From: Octopus sinensis | Lineage: Eukaryota | Reading direction: 5' to 3' | DNA length: 64,000 nt | NCBI RefSeq assembly: GCF_006345805.1 | Contig: NC_043000.1 | Span: forward strand, 20,832,001 to 20,896,000 | Part shown: positions 11,101 through 26,100 of the stretch, in pieces | Layout of the letters: each line of letters opens with the position of its first letter | How positions within the stretch are numbered: position 1 is the first letter of the stretch | Made by a program: the position numbers and the translations under genes | Notes under the pieces: model-generated | Seen by the model: only the letters and a program-made list of their open reading frames with translations | Database searches by the model: none | What the model was told of the DNA's origin: nothing

Positions 11101-14100
11101 CTTGCAATGTTGCTTCAAGGTCTCCTTAAAGTGTGACCAATCTAGCCCCCATTTCCTTTTCAGAATTTCTTGATTGATGAGAGTTTGGGTTCATTCTGTC
11201 TCAGACTTCATCATCATCATTTAACGTCTGCTTTCCATGCTAGCATGGGTTGGATGGTTTGACTGAGGGCTGGCGAACCAGATGGCTGCACCAGGCTCCA
11301 GTCTTGCTCTGGCAGAGTTTCTACAGCTGGATGCCCTTCCTAATGCCAACAACTCCGACAGTGTAGTGGGTGCTTTTACATGCCACCGGCATGGGGGCAA
11401 GTCAGGCGATACTGGCAACGACCTCGCTCAAATCATTTTACACATGCCAACAGCACAGGTGCCAGTAAGGCGATGCTGGTAACGATCCTGCTCGAATGGT
11501 GCCTCTTACATGCCACCAGCATGGAAGCCAGTTAGCCGCTCTGGCAACGATCACACTTTGATGGTGCTCTTAGCACCCTACTAGCATGGGGCACAAGTGC
11601 CAGTAAGGGGAAGCTGGTAACAATCACACTCGAATGGTGCCTTTTATGTGCCACTTTTAAAATTTTGTCTGGCCACCAGATCTTGAGGAGGTAGCACAAA
11701 CATTTGTGTTCTCAGATTAGATACACTAAATCTATTTTCTCCTCTGTCAAGCAGTACTATTTTATCTTCACAATTCATCTACCTCCAGTGATTTCTATCA
11801 CAGATATTTTTGCAAAATCAATTTTCATTCTTTATCATTTCCCATGATTCCTACTATACTTTATATTTTCTTTAAAGTAGATTTATCATCTAACACACCA
11901 AATTAACAATCTTCAGTTTGTTTTGTTGTTATGATTTAGATTTGTTTGTATTTTTTTCTTTTTTTTTTCATCAGATGTGATAAGGGTTTTCTGCCACCCA
12001 ATTGTGTACCTGAAAAAACTCTACCAATGAATTTAAGAGATGATTTTAGTTCTGAAAGTCTTGACTACAACAAATGGCAAGAATTATATGGAGGTGAAGT
12101 TTCTGACATATGTGACCACTTGGTATCAGGAAATTCTTTAGTATTTGCGAAGGCAAGTTCTTATAAACAATTATTACATTCCATTTCATGTTTAGAAAGT
12201 AAAATGGGGACATTTTAAAACAGACAAATACTTGATGGTATTGAGCTTCACCCTCTTGTTACCTACAATGGACTGATGTCCCATCCAGTGCTGGCGGGGG
12301 TGGAATATATGCACCAGAGAAACCAGGAAACAGGCCCTCATCATCATCATCATCATCATCGTCATTTAACGTCCGCTTTCCATGCAACATGGGTTGGACG
12401 AATGACTGAGGGCTGGCGAACCAGATGGATGCACCAGGCTTCAATCTTGATCTGGTAGAGTTTCTACAGCTGGATGCCTTTCCTAACGCCAACCACTCCG
12501 AGTGTGTAGTGGATGCTTTTACGTGCCAGTCAGGCGATACTGGCAACAACCACGCTCGAATCTTTTACACATGTCACCGGCACAGGTGCCAGTAAGGCGA
12601 TGCTGGTAACGATCACGCTCAAATGGTGTCTTTTACAAGCCACTGGCACAGAGGCCAGATGGCCGCTCTGGCAATGATCACGCTCAGATGGTGCTCTTAG
12701 GAAAGGATTTTCATCCTATTGTTATATCCTTTTGTTACCATGTTTCTGCTGAAATATACTGCCTTAGTTTCAATCAATTTTCAATCAAAAAAATTATGAA
12801 GAATTTAGTAAAACAACTGTTATTATTAAGCTGGTGTTTGGAATATAAACTGACATAAAATTCTGATAAAAGGTTTCAAGTTAGATCACTCTAAAACAGG
12901 AAGTTTACGTCATGCAACCAAGGGCAGTGTCAAGTAAGTTGATAGCGAAAAAGTTAAAATCCTATAACCAGTCTGAACAAAATAAACAAGAGGCAATCCA
13001 GGATATCCTGTTTGAAAAATCATTATTCTGTCACTTACAATTAGTTAATAACCCTATGATAAAGAGCTAATGAGGGAGGTGGAGATCTCTATGTTGTTGC
13101 TCAACTTGCTAGAAATAACAGCTAAATGACTTTCAAATCACACCTTATCTTAAAATGACAAAAACATTCATATACAAAATGGCAGGATAATGACCACTGG
13201 TATGTCTTTGATCAGAGCTGTCCTGGGGTTAATTAGCAACAGTTGTAAATTGTATTAGTACAAGCATGGTTGTGTCGTTAAGGAGCTCACTTTGCAACCA
13301 TGTGTTTTCATGGCACTTTGAATAAGTGCCTTCTATTGTAGCCCCTGGGCCAATTAATTCCTTGTGATTGAATTTGGTAGACAAAAACTGTGTGGCAGCT
13401 CGTGTGTGTGTTTTGACACTGTGTTAAAAACACAAATATCATTCCAGTAGTGGCCAGCAAGAGCTCAAGATGCATTTCAGCTTTTTGTGCTTTTCAATGA
13501 TATGTACTCACAACCAGCCCCATTAAAGCATGTGGTTGGCTGTGAATACACATCACAGAAGAGGCCCAAAAGGGGGCAAAATGCATCTGGCACTCTTGCT
13601 GATCATTGCTAGGGTGTTTTTTGTCTCCCTCTGATATTTATTGTTTTTAACACAGCATGTCCATAATCTTGTGAAGGATCCACCAGATTCATATCCAGTC
13701 AATGATTCACTAGATTTCACATCCAGCCAACGATTTTACTCTGAAACTGGGTTGTGTCTTGTTACTTATATGATTTGGGAGTGGCCAGCTCAGACTGTTT
13801 GGTCATGTTGCTCAATTTTCCAAGTTAGTCTGCTTAATGTCTCCTCTTCACTGACGATCTGACTGTGTTTGACAATTTCTGTTGGTTGACCATATGCTAC
13901 ATGGTCACATTAGATAAGGAGGTATCTTGCAGAAATGGAGACTAACTGCTCAAAGATCATTCAGGAGAATTCAGGAATATACTGACAAACAGCAAATGCA
14001 GCAACACACTGCAACAATGTATTCCCCCACATCTGACCTGACCATATCCATAAGAGATGATATCTCAAGATGAATACTGGCTTATTGACAGTGTGTATAC

Positions 14101-17100
14101 ATTAAGTATGATACATAGATGGCTATTTTAATTTAATACTGCCTCAACTGCTTATACCAGAAAATATTTAGTTTAATAATAATGTTCATTTTTCAAGGAA
14201 AAAAAGAAACTTTCCATATTTGATTACATGGAAGAGGAAGTCTTTCTTCATTCTGAATTGAAACAATGCCCTTTGTCTTCATTATAGGATTTACTACGGC
14301 TTGTTGTCACAGAGAATATGGATACCACCATGATTAACAATATTGAGTTCTTCTTCAAATATGCTTGCAAAGGAGAATCGCTTGCATGGCCACGTCGGGA
14401 GAGTGTATTGCTTCAATACTCTATTAATGGTGGCATCACGTGGCATTTACTACAGGAAATCCATTACAAGAATGACTCCAACACACGGTAAATGCAATTT
14501 CTTTTTTTTAATCTTGTAACAAAACTTAGAACTTCTAGTTATTGAATTTGTTACCATTTATCATTTTAATTTATTCTATCATTTGAACTGTTTTCTTTGA
14601 TCAACTATCCCTCATTGTACCTATGTTACAAATTATTATTATTGAGTGAGAGAGCAATGCATGCCATCAAAGTGACACTGGGGTAAAATATACGAAGCCC
14701 TGTAGACCCATCATGACTATCCATCTGATAAGGATACACTAGGCATCCCAACCATATGTGCACGACATGGTGATCTCATATCAAGATAAACAGTGCATGA
14801 CCTTGCAGGTGAGGCCCAGTTAGAATTTTCTTCTGGTCGAGTAGCCCATCCCACTCAAAAGGTCCCTGAATAAGGATTGTTTAAGGATGTTGAACGAAAC
14901 AGCCATGTTTCCAAAGATGAGTTATCCAAACCTCCAAAAATTCCTTTCAACACATGGCTACTTCTGCTTGTGGTCAGAGATGCCCATATCGTCAGCCACT
15001 AAGGGACATGTATGTATGTATGTATGTGTGCTTTTGTGTTTATCTCTCTGCCCCCACTGCTAGTCAGCAGTGTTGCGGTGAGCGGTCAGAAATGTTAGCA
15101 TGCCGGGCGAAATGCTTAACGGTATTTCATCTGCTGCTACGTTCTGAGTTCAAATTCTGCCGAGGTCGACTTTGCCTTTCATCCTTTCGGGGTCGATAAA
15201 TTAAGTACCAGTTACGCACTGGGGTCGATGTAATCGACTTAATCCGTTTGTCTGTCCTTGTTTGTCCTCTCTGTGTTTAGCCCCTTGTGGGTAGTAATGA
15301 AAAAGGTTTGTTTATATCCCCATAACTTAGTGATTTCAGCAAAATGTGACTCATAGACTAAGTACCAGACTTGAAAAGAACTAAGTACTGGGGTTGATTT
15401 GTTTGACTAAACACTCTAAGGCATGAATGCAGTTTCATAACTAAAGCAAGTAACAGATAAACGATATACATTTTTGCCTTTGTTAAACTTTAACAGCTTG
15501 GAAACCGAAATGTTAAGACAATATTTGCATTATAGATCTGACATTAATCATTTATGGTTTGTTTTTAATGTTCTTCAGCTTCTTCAGTGTATTTTTACCT
15601 CCATTAGCCAAAGCCAATGCAACAAAATTCAGATTCTGGCAACCAAAGCATGGAGGTTAGTAACATAATTTATAACACAGAAATACGATGTCAATTTGTT
15701 GGTTTGTTTTTTGTTTCTAATTTTAATCTTTTTAACAGTTTGTATGTATGATGAATTGTGGTAGAGTATAAAAATAATTATTTAGTAGTTTATTGAACAA
15801 ATGAATATTCTTACAGTAGTTATTCTTCAGTTAGCAGAAAATTTTCTGTCATATAATGTGATAAAATAGTTCTTTAAAAAATATTTTTATAAATTGTTTT
15901 TACACATTCATACACACTACATACATACGTACTTACATGTGTGTGTAAGTATCTATGTTTGTGAATATGTGTGTACCTATGTATGTGTGTATGCATCAAT
16001 GTATGAATGTGAGTATATGCATGTATATATACATGTGGTATGAGTACATATATATATATGTACACATATATATATATATGAAAGAGAGAAAGACAGAGTG
16101 AGCAATAGGTAAGTACCATCCAAGGATATATATGTATACACGAGTTTGTGCGTGAATAACCTTAAAAACTGTTGTGGTTTATAATATATCATCTTACTAA
16201 TGTTTGGTGAAAGTTGATCTGCTAGTTTTAAAGTTATCTCTATTAAAACACAAAGAAACAAAATCTACTTTCTTAAGCATGTTGATTCAAAGAAGGTAAT
16301 GATCTGAAACATTTTCAGTGAAATATTTATCATACATCTTAAAATATTTTCTAATATTAAACAAAGACTGCAACAGTCAACACGAAATTTAATAATGGCT
16401 TCTTAAGTCAAAACTGCAGTATTTTTCTCAATGTGTTCATTCACATAATTTAGCTTTAGTTCAAAAGTTAGATACTTTTTAACAAATTTGGTGTGTTTAC
16501 CAAGATACAGCATGCTGCCAATAGTTATCGTCACATAGAATTAATTCCAATATCAACAGGGATCTCATGTTTTGCATTATCAGCATATTCAACTAGACTG
16601 GTTCAATGAGATGCTGGGTAAAACATGAAGTCCTTGTTGACTCAAATTTTACAATAAATTTGACTATATTCTCAGAGTTGAGTCACCCTATTTATACATA
16701 TATTCCATTGTTAGTCTTAAACTAGCTTTAAAATTATAATCCTGTTTTGCATTTCCAATATCAAAATTTTTCCTTCAAGAATTCAAATGAAATTGTTTTG
16801 TTGACTTTGTTATAGGTTCGATGCAGTCAACATGGGCAATAGACAACTTTTTTGTTGGAACTATGACACTTAACCCAAACATGCTTGATGACAAATTTGA
16901 AAAACCATCATTAGATCAAGGTCTGTGGCAGTTTTCAAACAATGGAAAACTTGGGAAATATTGTGAATTCAACAGACGGTATGCCATTTTACTTAATATT
17001 TTTCTTTCTTCTTTCCAAAAGAAATAAAAAACATCAAAAACTATTTTCGCCTCCTACTTTCGTTAACATATTTCTAGCGAAATACACTGCTTTTGTTGTA

Positions 17101-20100
17101 ATTAATTCTGAAAACAATATAATTAGTTAAATAAATTTGTCATTAAGCTAGTGTTTGAAACAAATTGATATGAAACTTTGATGGAAAGTTTTAATTTAGA
17201 CAATTTTAAAACAGGAAGTTTTCATCATAGAGCTAGTGGTAGGTTGATATAAGATTCATTGTAGTAGTGTGGTTATGATTTTCAAAAATCTAGAGTGAGA
17301 TAAAAAAAAATTTCCCTTATCATCATGTCACCATCATAAGGGGAAAAAAATTCCCCTTATCATCATCATCATCGTCTAATGTCCACTTTCCATGCTGGCA
17401 TGCGTTGAACAATTTGACTGAGGACTGGCAAACTAGATGGCTGCACCAGGTTCCAATCTGATCTGGCAGAATTTCTACAGCTGGATGCCCTTTCTAACGC
17501 CAACCATTCCGATAGTGTAGTGGGTGCTTTTACGTGCCACCGGCACAAGGGCCAGTCAGGTGGTACCAGCAACGGCCATGCTCAAATGGTGTTTTTTACA
17601 TGCCACCTGCACAAGAGCCAGTCCAGCAGCACTGGCAATGACCTCACTCAAATGTTTTTTCATATGCCATCAGCACAAGTGCCAGTAAGGCGATGCTGGT
17701 AACAATCAGGCTCGAATGGTGCGACTACTTCCTGCAAATGAAACATTAACATGCAAGGATAAATTTACATTCAATATAAATAATGCCAACTCAGAATTCA
17801 ATGGCTGACTAAAACTGGTAGAACAGAATTCTACAAATGTCTGATAATTGTCTTTTTTTGATTGACAATTGTCCAGAGATTATTTACTTTTGTGCTTTCA
17901 TCACCCCTTGCTTGATGTATTAACGAAGCCATATCAGAGTGTTATAGAAGACAGTTACGTAAACAGATATGTAATATTTTAAAATCTTGCAATTTCCAAA
18001 TAAGCAACCATGTCAACGTTGGCAAAGTCTCTCTCTATCAAACATTATGGCATTGTGTCTAAGCAGTTGTAGGCAAGTTTCCAATATGTTAGTGTCTAAA
18101 TGCCTGCAACTACAACTTTTGTAGAATTTTGTTGCTGCTGTCACCTACAGTTGCTCTCAGAGTAAGAGGAGAGAGAGAGTTTATTAAGAAATTATAGTTC
18201 CTTTATCAGAAAGACTAATGCCTATTGGTTAGAAAGGAAAAATGATTGAAAATTTTAAGTTTCAAAATCAGCTTGCAAGGAGCAAATTGAATGCCAGTAT
18301 GGCAGCATGGTTAACAAGATCATTTTAAAACCATGTGATTTCAGGTTCACTCCCACTGTGCAACACCTTGGGCAAGTGCCTTCTACTATAATCCCATACC
18401 AACCAATACCTTGTGTGTGAATCTATGTTTGTGTGAGTGTGTATACTCTGACTGTGAAGACCCGACAAATAAAGTGAGTTCATGGCTGTATCCTACACCA
18501 GCTTCACACAACCAGCCCCAGCCCATTCAAAGTACCTTGGATCATGGGATAGCCTGCTGTGCTTACCTTGGATCGTGGGGTGACCTGCTGTACTATTGAG
18601 TCAAGTACATCAACATCATAAGAAAAATCAAATGAAAATTGTAGTTGTGATACCTGTGCCAGTAGCACGTAAAAAGCACCATCCGAATGTGGCCGATGCC
18701 AGTGCCACCTTGGCTGGCTTCCGTGCTGTTGGCATGTAAAAAGCACCAACCGATCGTGGACGTTGCCAGTCTCCTCTGGCCCCTGTGCTGGTGGCATGTA
18801 AAAAGCACACACTACACTCACGGAGTGGTTGGCATTAGGAAGGGCATCCAGCTGTAGAAACACTGCTAGATCAGACTGGAGCCTGGTGCAACCACCTGGC
18901 TTCCCAAACCCCAGTCAAACCGTTCAACCCATGCTAGCATGGAAAACGGACATTAAACGATGATGATGTCTGTATGTACGTCTTTGTGTCCATATTTGTC
19001 CCACCTACTACTTGACAGTGTTGTTTTGTTTATGTCTTCATAACTTAGGAGTCCACCAAAATAGACCAACAGAATAAGTATAAAACCCAAAAACTAAGTA
19101 CTGAGGTCAATTTGTTCACAAAAAAATCAGTTCAAGATGGTGCCAGAGCTTAACTGCAATCCAATGACTAAGACAAATAAGATATAAAAGAGAAATTCTT
19201 CATGTAGCTTTCTGACTATTATGCTCTTATCTCCAGAGATGTCATCATATTGGGAAGAGGTATTGAGCTGCATAAAGAAGCACTAAGCTCTAAGTGTGGA
19301 GGGCACTTGTTGAAGGGTTAAACCCAGGAAGACATGGGATGAAGGGTGAGAAAGGATCTTTGGATGATGGGCCTCACTGAAGAAATGACAAGGGACAAGG
19401 TGGCGAGCTGGCAGAAATGGTAGCGCACCGGGCGAAATGCTTAGCAGTATTTCGTCTGCCGTTACATTCTGAGTTCAAATTCCGCCGAGGTCGACTTTGT
19501 CTTTCATCCTTTCGGGGTCAATTAAATAAGTACCAGTTACGCACTGGGGTCAATGTAATCGACTTAATCCCTTTGTCTGTTCTTGTTTGTCCCCTCTATG
19601 TTTAGCCCCTTGTGGGCAGTAAAGAAATAGAAGTGTCAAGGGACCAGGGGATGTGGAAATTTGTTGTACTTGATAAGACATGTCAAGCTAAGTAAAATCG
19701 TTGTCTTCCACACATACAGGTTTGTCCTTTCAGGTGCTGGTGCCACTTAAAAAGCACCCATGCCAGTGCTGTGCTAACACACCTGTACCGGTGCTGAGTA
19801 AATGCACCTTATATTGATGGCATGTAAAAAGCACCCAACACACTCTGTTAAGTGATTGTTGTTAGTAAGGTCATCCAGCCATAGAAGCCATACCTCAACA
19901 AACAGCTGGAGGCTGAACAGCTTCCTGCTAGCCAGCTCAATGTCAAACCATCCAACCCATGCCAGTATGAAAGGTAGATGTTAAACAGTGATGATGATGA
20001 TGGTGATGATGATGATGATTATGATGATGATTATCATCATCATCACATATTTGAGCAGCAAGCCAGTGGTCAATGCTGAATTTTTCTGTGGACCAGTTTT

Positions 20101-23100
20101 ATGAATAATTATCTAATGATGGGCATCAGTATGAATTTATTTCCGTCATTCATCAACTGCCTAAACACTGAGAGGTTGTTGAGATAATTTACACGGTGTG
20201 AGAGGTGGCGGGGTATACCATGAGTTTGAAGGAGAGAATCATTTCTAACAAGATTATCTGTAAACCTTGACTCATGCACCAGAGGTCAATACTTTTCAGA
20301 ATGAAATTCTTTGTATGTTTCTGAAGTGTTCTGACAATCTGTATGGGCCTGTCTAATTTAATGACTCCATATCATATGCTATAACAGGAAAACAACAGAT
20401 ATCATTTGATAAAGTTTGATTCCAAAGAATACAAAGATATTGATGTTTCAAAACTTTGGAATATTCCAATATAGACGTAATAGTAATGATAGTAATGTTA
20501 TTTATTAGATTATTAACCAGTACTACTAATAACTATGAGATCTGTCTTTAACATCATTAATTCTAAACAATTTACGTTCGGAATTTGATAGTTCTATACA
20601 TTCCTTCGGTCTCTTCAATTTCATGCTCCTTTTGCAATCGTCAGCCATTATAGATCAATATTTTTACTGATCTTCTCAGCCAATTTACATCAATATTTTT
20701 CACTGGGAATGTTTGGTTTTAATGTTTTGCAGGTCTCTCTATTCAGTTCTCTGCCAGTTCAACATGTCGGCCATTAACAAATATTTTATTGCTTGGTGTC
20801 TTTGATATTTACAGGGAAAGCACTCGAACTGCAGGCAGCTCAGCTTTGGTATTCAAAAGAGGAACTGGAGAACATTCTATTGTTACAAGAGACTTGGATA
20901 TTGGACCTATGTCAGTTGTGCAATTTGATGTAAGAATATTGATGCTATTATTACATTAGCTATATTGGTGATATAGAGCTGTGCAAAGATATTAAATGTT
21001 GCCTAAAATATAGAGAAAATATTATACACATCTATTTATTCCAATGGATTTAGTGTGATATGTGTTCTATTAACTTCCAAAATGTTTCAATACTATTATA
21101 CTTTTTAATTTTGAAATATTATTATTTTGCAGCATGGAAGGTGTTTATAAGCCATTTAAAAATCCACAAAAACTGTTAGATTCACTTCAACATTTAAATT
21201 TAATTTGTCAAAATATTTTCGTAGCTTTGAGGCCACAACCTATTCACCAATGGGTTGTGGTCTCAAAGTGACGAAAATATTTTGACAATTTGACAATCTA
21301 AGTTTAAATGTTGAAGTGGATCTAATGATTTTTGTGTGCTTTTAAATGGCTTATAAACACCTTCCATGCTCCAATTGTTTTTGTTTCAGCACACGATCTC
21401 AGATCAAGTCACTTGCTATGCAAGTACATCTCCTTTTTTATTTTTTTTCTCTTTTACTTGTTTCAGTCATTTGACTGTGGCCATGCTGGAGCACCGCCTT
21501 TAGTCGAGCAAATCGACCCCAGGACTTATTCTTTGAAAGCCTAGTACTTATTCTATCGGTCTCTTTTGCTGAACAGCTAAGTTACGGGGACATAAACACA
21601 CCAGCATCGGTTGTCAAGTGATGTTGGGGGGACAAACATAGACACACAAACATACACATACAGATATATGTATATATATATACATATACACGACAGGCTT
21701 CTTTCAGTTTCCGTCAACCAAATCCACTCACAAGGCTTTGGTCGGCCCGAGGCTATAGTAGAAGACACTTGCCCAAGGTGCCATGTAGTGGAAATGAACC
21801 CGGAATCAAATGGTTGGTAAGCAAGCTACTTACCACACAGCCACTCCTGCACCTATTATAATTCTATTTTAATGAAAACATACTAACAACGTACAATTAT
21901 TATAAAATATCTATTAATTATATCAAGGAGAAAGTTTTCAGCTAGGTTTTTTTTTCTTTTTGTGGAAGGGGAATGTTTTTGTTATTAATGAGAGGTGTAA
22001 TGACAGTGTCTATATCCCTCTTTAGGGCCTTGGTGAGTGATAGAGAAGAAAGGAGAAAATTATCCTCTGACTAGAGTGTTGATTCAAATATTTACAATAG
22101 CAAACTTCACTAAAGGTACCCAAGGCTCAAGAGTTGCTGTTAAACCAAACAACAGATTTAATCTACAACCTCCAAAAGACAAGGATGATCTCTCCAACAG
22201 GCTTTCATTCAGATTTTTCTTCTACAAAATTTCAGTTACAGAGTTTTGGTTGATGTAAGAGTATGATAGAAGACACTTGCTCTAAATGCAGTGCATTGAG
22301 ATTGAACCTGAAATCAATTAGCTGAGAAGAAAACTTCTTAACCACACAACCATGCTTGAACTATATTAGACTTCTTAACTCCCAGACAATGTATTGCTAG
22401 TGCATATGTTATTATCAACATTGCAATTTATCTGTAACTATTACACACAGGCATGTTGTACATCAATATGTTTCAATTTAACTGGACATAACTGCAGGTC
22501 ATATGTGCAGCAGAGCAGATTGTAGCTGTGTTCTTCCTATGTCTGCGTGTTGTTTCTTTTTTTTTTCTTTTTGTTTCTTTTTTTGTCAGTTTTAATACTT
22601 TTGCTTTACTTTATAAATTATTGTATTGTCTACTATGGGAAATAGTTATTGTGCATGGTTTATAACTCTGTACATGGTTTGTAGCAAAAATTTGTGGACC
22701 AGCCAAAGTTGACGTAATTAGTATCGATCTTATGTTTTGCTTGTAGACTAATGTCACCATTTTATATTTTATCTAATTTTCAAACCAATGAATGATTGCA
22801 GGGTATTTCATTGTCTTTGTCTTAACTGCACGAATGTTATTGGTGTGTTATTGGGATACCTTAGTGTTATTCTTGTGTATTCGGAGAATGTTAGTGTCAT
22901 TGAACAAGACAATGTTTTCCATTGTTATTCTTGGAAAGATAGATTTATTTATCTGTTTCTGAAAATAATTTCTTCTTGAGAAACAAGGTTTTCACTTTGT
23001 AATTGTGTAATTATTAATAATTGCAATTATGTAATTATTAATAATTATAATTACTGATATGGTGGCAAACTTGCAGAATCATTAACATGCCAAGTAAAAT

Positions 23101-26100
23101 GCATAATGGCAGTTTGCTTGTCTTTACATTCTGAGTTCAAATTCTGCTGGGGTCAGCTTTGCTTTTCATCCCTTTGGGATCAATAAAATATGAACCAGCT
23201 TAAGCACTGGGATCAATGTAATCAACTTACTGTTCCACCCTGAAATTGTCAGCCTTGTGTCAAAATTTGAAACTGGTAATTATAATTAAGGATTAAAATA
23301 TGTGAGTGACTATAAACACTCACAAATTAGGACAATTTAACCGACTGCAATGAAATAAACATTGAATCTTGAGTGTCTTTGCAGAGATTTAGGGAAGTCT
23401 TGTGTAAGGATAACAAAATAGTATGTTGTAGCAACCCATTTAGGGAACCAAGGATCTTGGAAGCTTTTTGTTACCATAGAGTTGGGAGAGTCTATGGTAA
23501 ATGCTTATTCTTTTCTACTCAAGGCACAAGGCGGAATTTGAACTCAGAACGTAAAGACAAACGAAATACTGCTAAGCATTTCGCCCAGCATGCTAACATT
23601 TCTGCCAGCTTGCTGCCTTATGGTAAATGCTTATTATTCGATAAATGTTGATACAATGAAAAGTATCATTTTTATAAAATACTAGCAAATTAATACAAGA
23701 TCATAATAAGTATTAGGATAGAGTAGCTTGGGTGAAACATTGTGTGATCCTCATTTAACGTCCGCTTTCCATGCTAGCATGGATCAGACGATTTGACTGA
23801 GGACTGGTGAACCAGATGGCTGCACCAGGCTCCAATCTGATTTGGCACAGTTTCTACAGCTGGATGCCCTTCCTAATGCCAACCACTCCGAGAGTGTAAT
23901 GGGTGCTTTTACGTGCCACCAGCACGAGGGCCAGTCAGGTGGTACTGGCAACAGTCACACTCAAATGGTGCTTTTTATGTGCCACTTGCACAGGAGCCAG
24001 TCCAGCAGCACTGGCAATGACTTTGCTTGAATGTTTTTTCACGTGCCTCCAGCACAAGTGCCAGTAAGGCGACGCATATTGATATTAAATGATATAAAAC
24101 TAACGATTATATTTTGTAAATTCTACTGGCAGAAAGTTTACCCTTTAATAATTTTTTTAATTTATTCTATTTTTATTTATTCTGTCAGATCAATGTCGGT
24201 TGTGGTGCCAGTTCAACTCACAAATATCCTGTACGTCTGGAATATTCTGTAAATGGTGGTAAAACATGGCAGCTGATTGTTCCTAATTGTGCTGATTATG
24301 CTTTGGCTCGTTGTGATGACCAAACGCGACCAACATCGATATATTATTCTGGCACAACCAAATATTGGAGAAGAATTATCATTCCTTTAGATGGACTTCA
24401 TGCTTGTGGGTATGAACTTGGCTTTTACCAATTTACTACTTCTGGAGTAAATATTGAATAAAAGGTTTTTGTGGCTGTATTTTAGAACATCATTTTGATT
24501 TGATAGGGAAAGCAATGGAATTTTCTCCACACTAAATACATTATTACAATAAATACTGTGTAGATTCTACATGCAACTATTTTAGAATTCATTGAAAACA
24601 ACAACTCCTCTACCATGTAAGGTAATAGGGTAAATCTTATTTAAATAGTTTACTTATTCTCACCAGACAGGCTATTTAGTAACCAAGAATTTTTGGTTTT
24701 TAAACTTTGTCTTTTTGACAATATATAGATTCTTTTACTTGGTGAAAGATAGCTCTTTGATGTCTTTATCAGAAGTTTGGCACTGAAAATCAATAGCTTA
24801 CAATGCTAAAAGATTAAGTGAAAAAAAAATCTACTGATTGTATAACAGGAATCTAAGTGATAAATTATATTGAAGCCACAAAAGTTACTGAGAATTACTT
24901 TAAACTTTTATATACAAGTTTTGGCCAACTGTGGTCTTTGAAAGATTAACACAGTCGTCATGAGAAACTGTTTATCATACAACACCATCAGATAATATTT
25001 CTCCTCAGCAAAAGGCTCTGTCTGTTATATTAGGCTTCTTCCTCATGGTAAACCAATTTATTCCACTTTTGATCTGTTTATATTCATTAATTGCAACCAC
25101 AAACCATTGTCACAAACCATTGCTAGTTCCTTCATATCTTACTATTTACCTAATGAATTTAATTAAGTTTGTTTTAAACATATTTGTTTAAGAATTCAAA
25201 TAAGTTCTTTATATTAACCACTTATACCCATACAGGTGTCAGTTAGAATCTCATGACATACTAAGCTCAAGATACTTCTTATCTTATGCAATATCATATT
25301 TTAGTAACTCTTTTTCCAGTACAATATCCAATTAAAATTAGTTTATTACAAAGTTACCAAAATGATCAGTACTGTAAATCTTTAAAAAAAATTGGATAAC
25401 AAATAATTCTGTAATAGTGTAGGTGGTCATATCACCAGACTATCAACCTATTGGTCTGTGATCAATGACTTACTGTTACATGATGCCCCTTACTAAAACA
25501 TCCAACAAACTAACTAGCGAGGAAATTACTATATAGTCTCTCAACATGCTAGAAATAGCTGTCAAATCATACCTTATTGTCTTTAAAAAAAAACTGGAGG
25601 AATACATCGAATATTTCTAAATGTTCTATATATGAAAAAACAAAACATGAGATGGTTCCAGCTGGAATTCTTTTGATCATAGATCTGTTCAATCAAGGCT
25701 CACCTCAGGATAAACACTACAGTCAACTCTTAGAGGCCCACAATGCCAGTTGGCCACTGTAAGTAGTCTGTGCAATATAGTTGACAAAGTTTGTTAGCTT
25801 GCAGTCCTGGGTTCCAATTCTCTTACGATAGGGGAGGGTTCCTGCATGAGTTATGACAGCAAGCAACAAGACAATTCAGTTTTTAGGTTGTGTGTGTGTG
25901 TTTGTGTGCTTATGTTTAGTTATAATAAAAACAATTTTACATTAATCTTGGAATTACTCTATACTTTCATATATATATAAAATTTAAAATAATAATAATG
26001 AAAAATTGAATATTAATTTGATTAATATCAATTTAAAACCAGTGGTCTACCATAGAGGAAAATCTGAAGATTCAGAAAAATTATATTACATACATATAAG

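Noticed and set aside
26064-26085. CTGAAGATTCAGAAA next to the large palindrome
   Set aside because: Only 4 nt lie between the boxes, with no helix II and no helix I.
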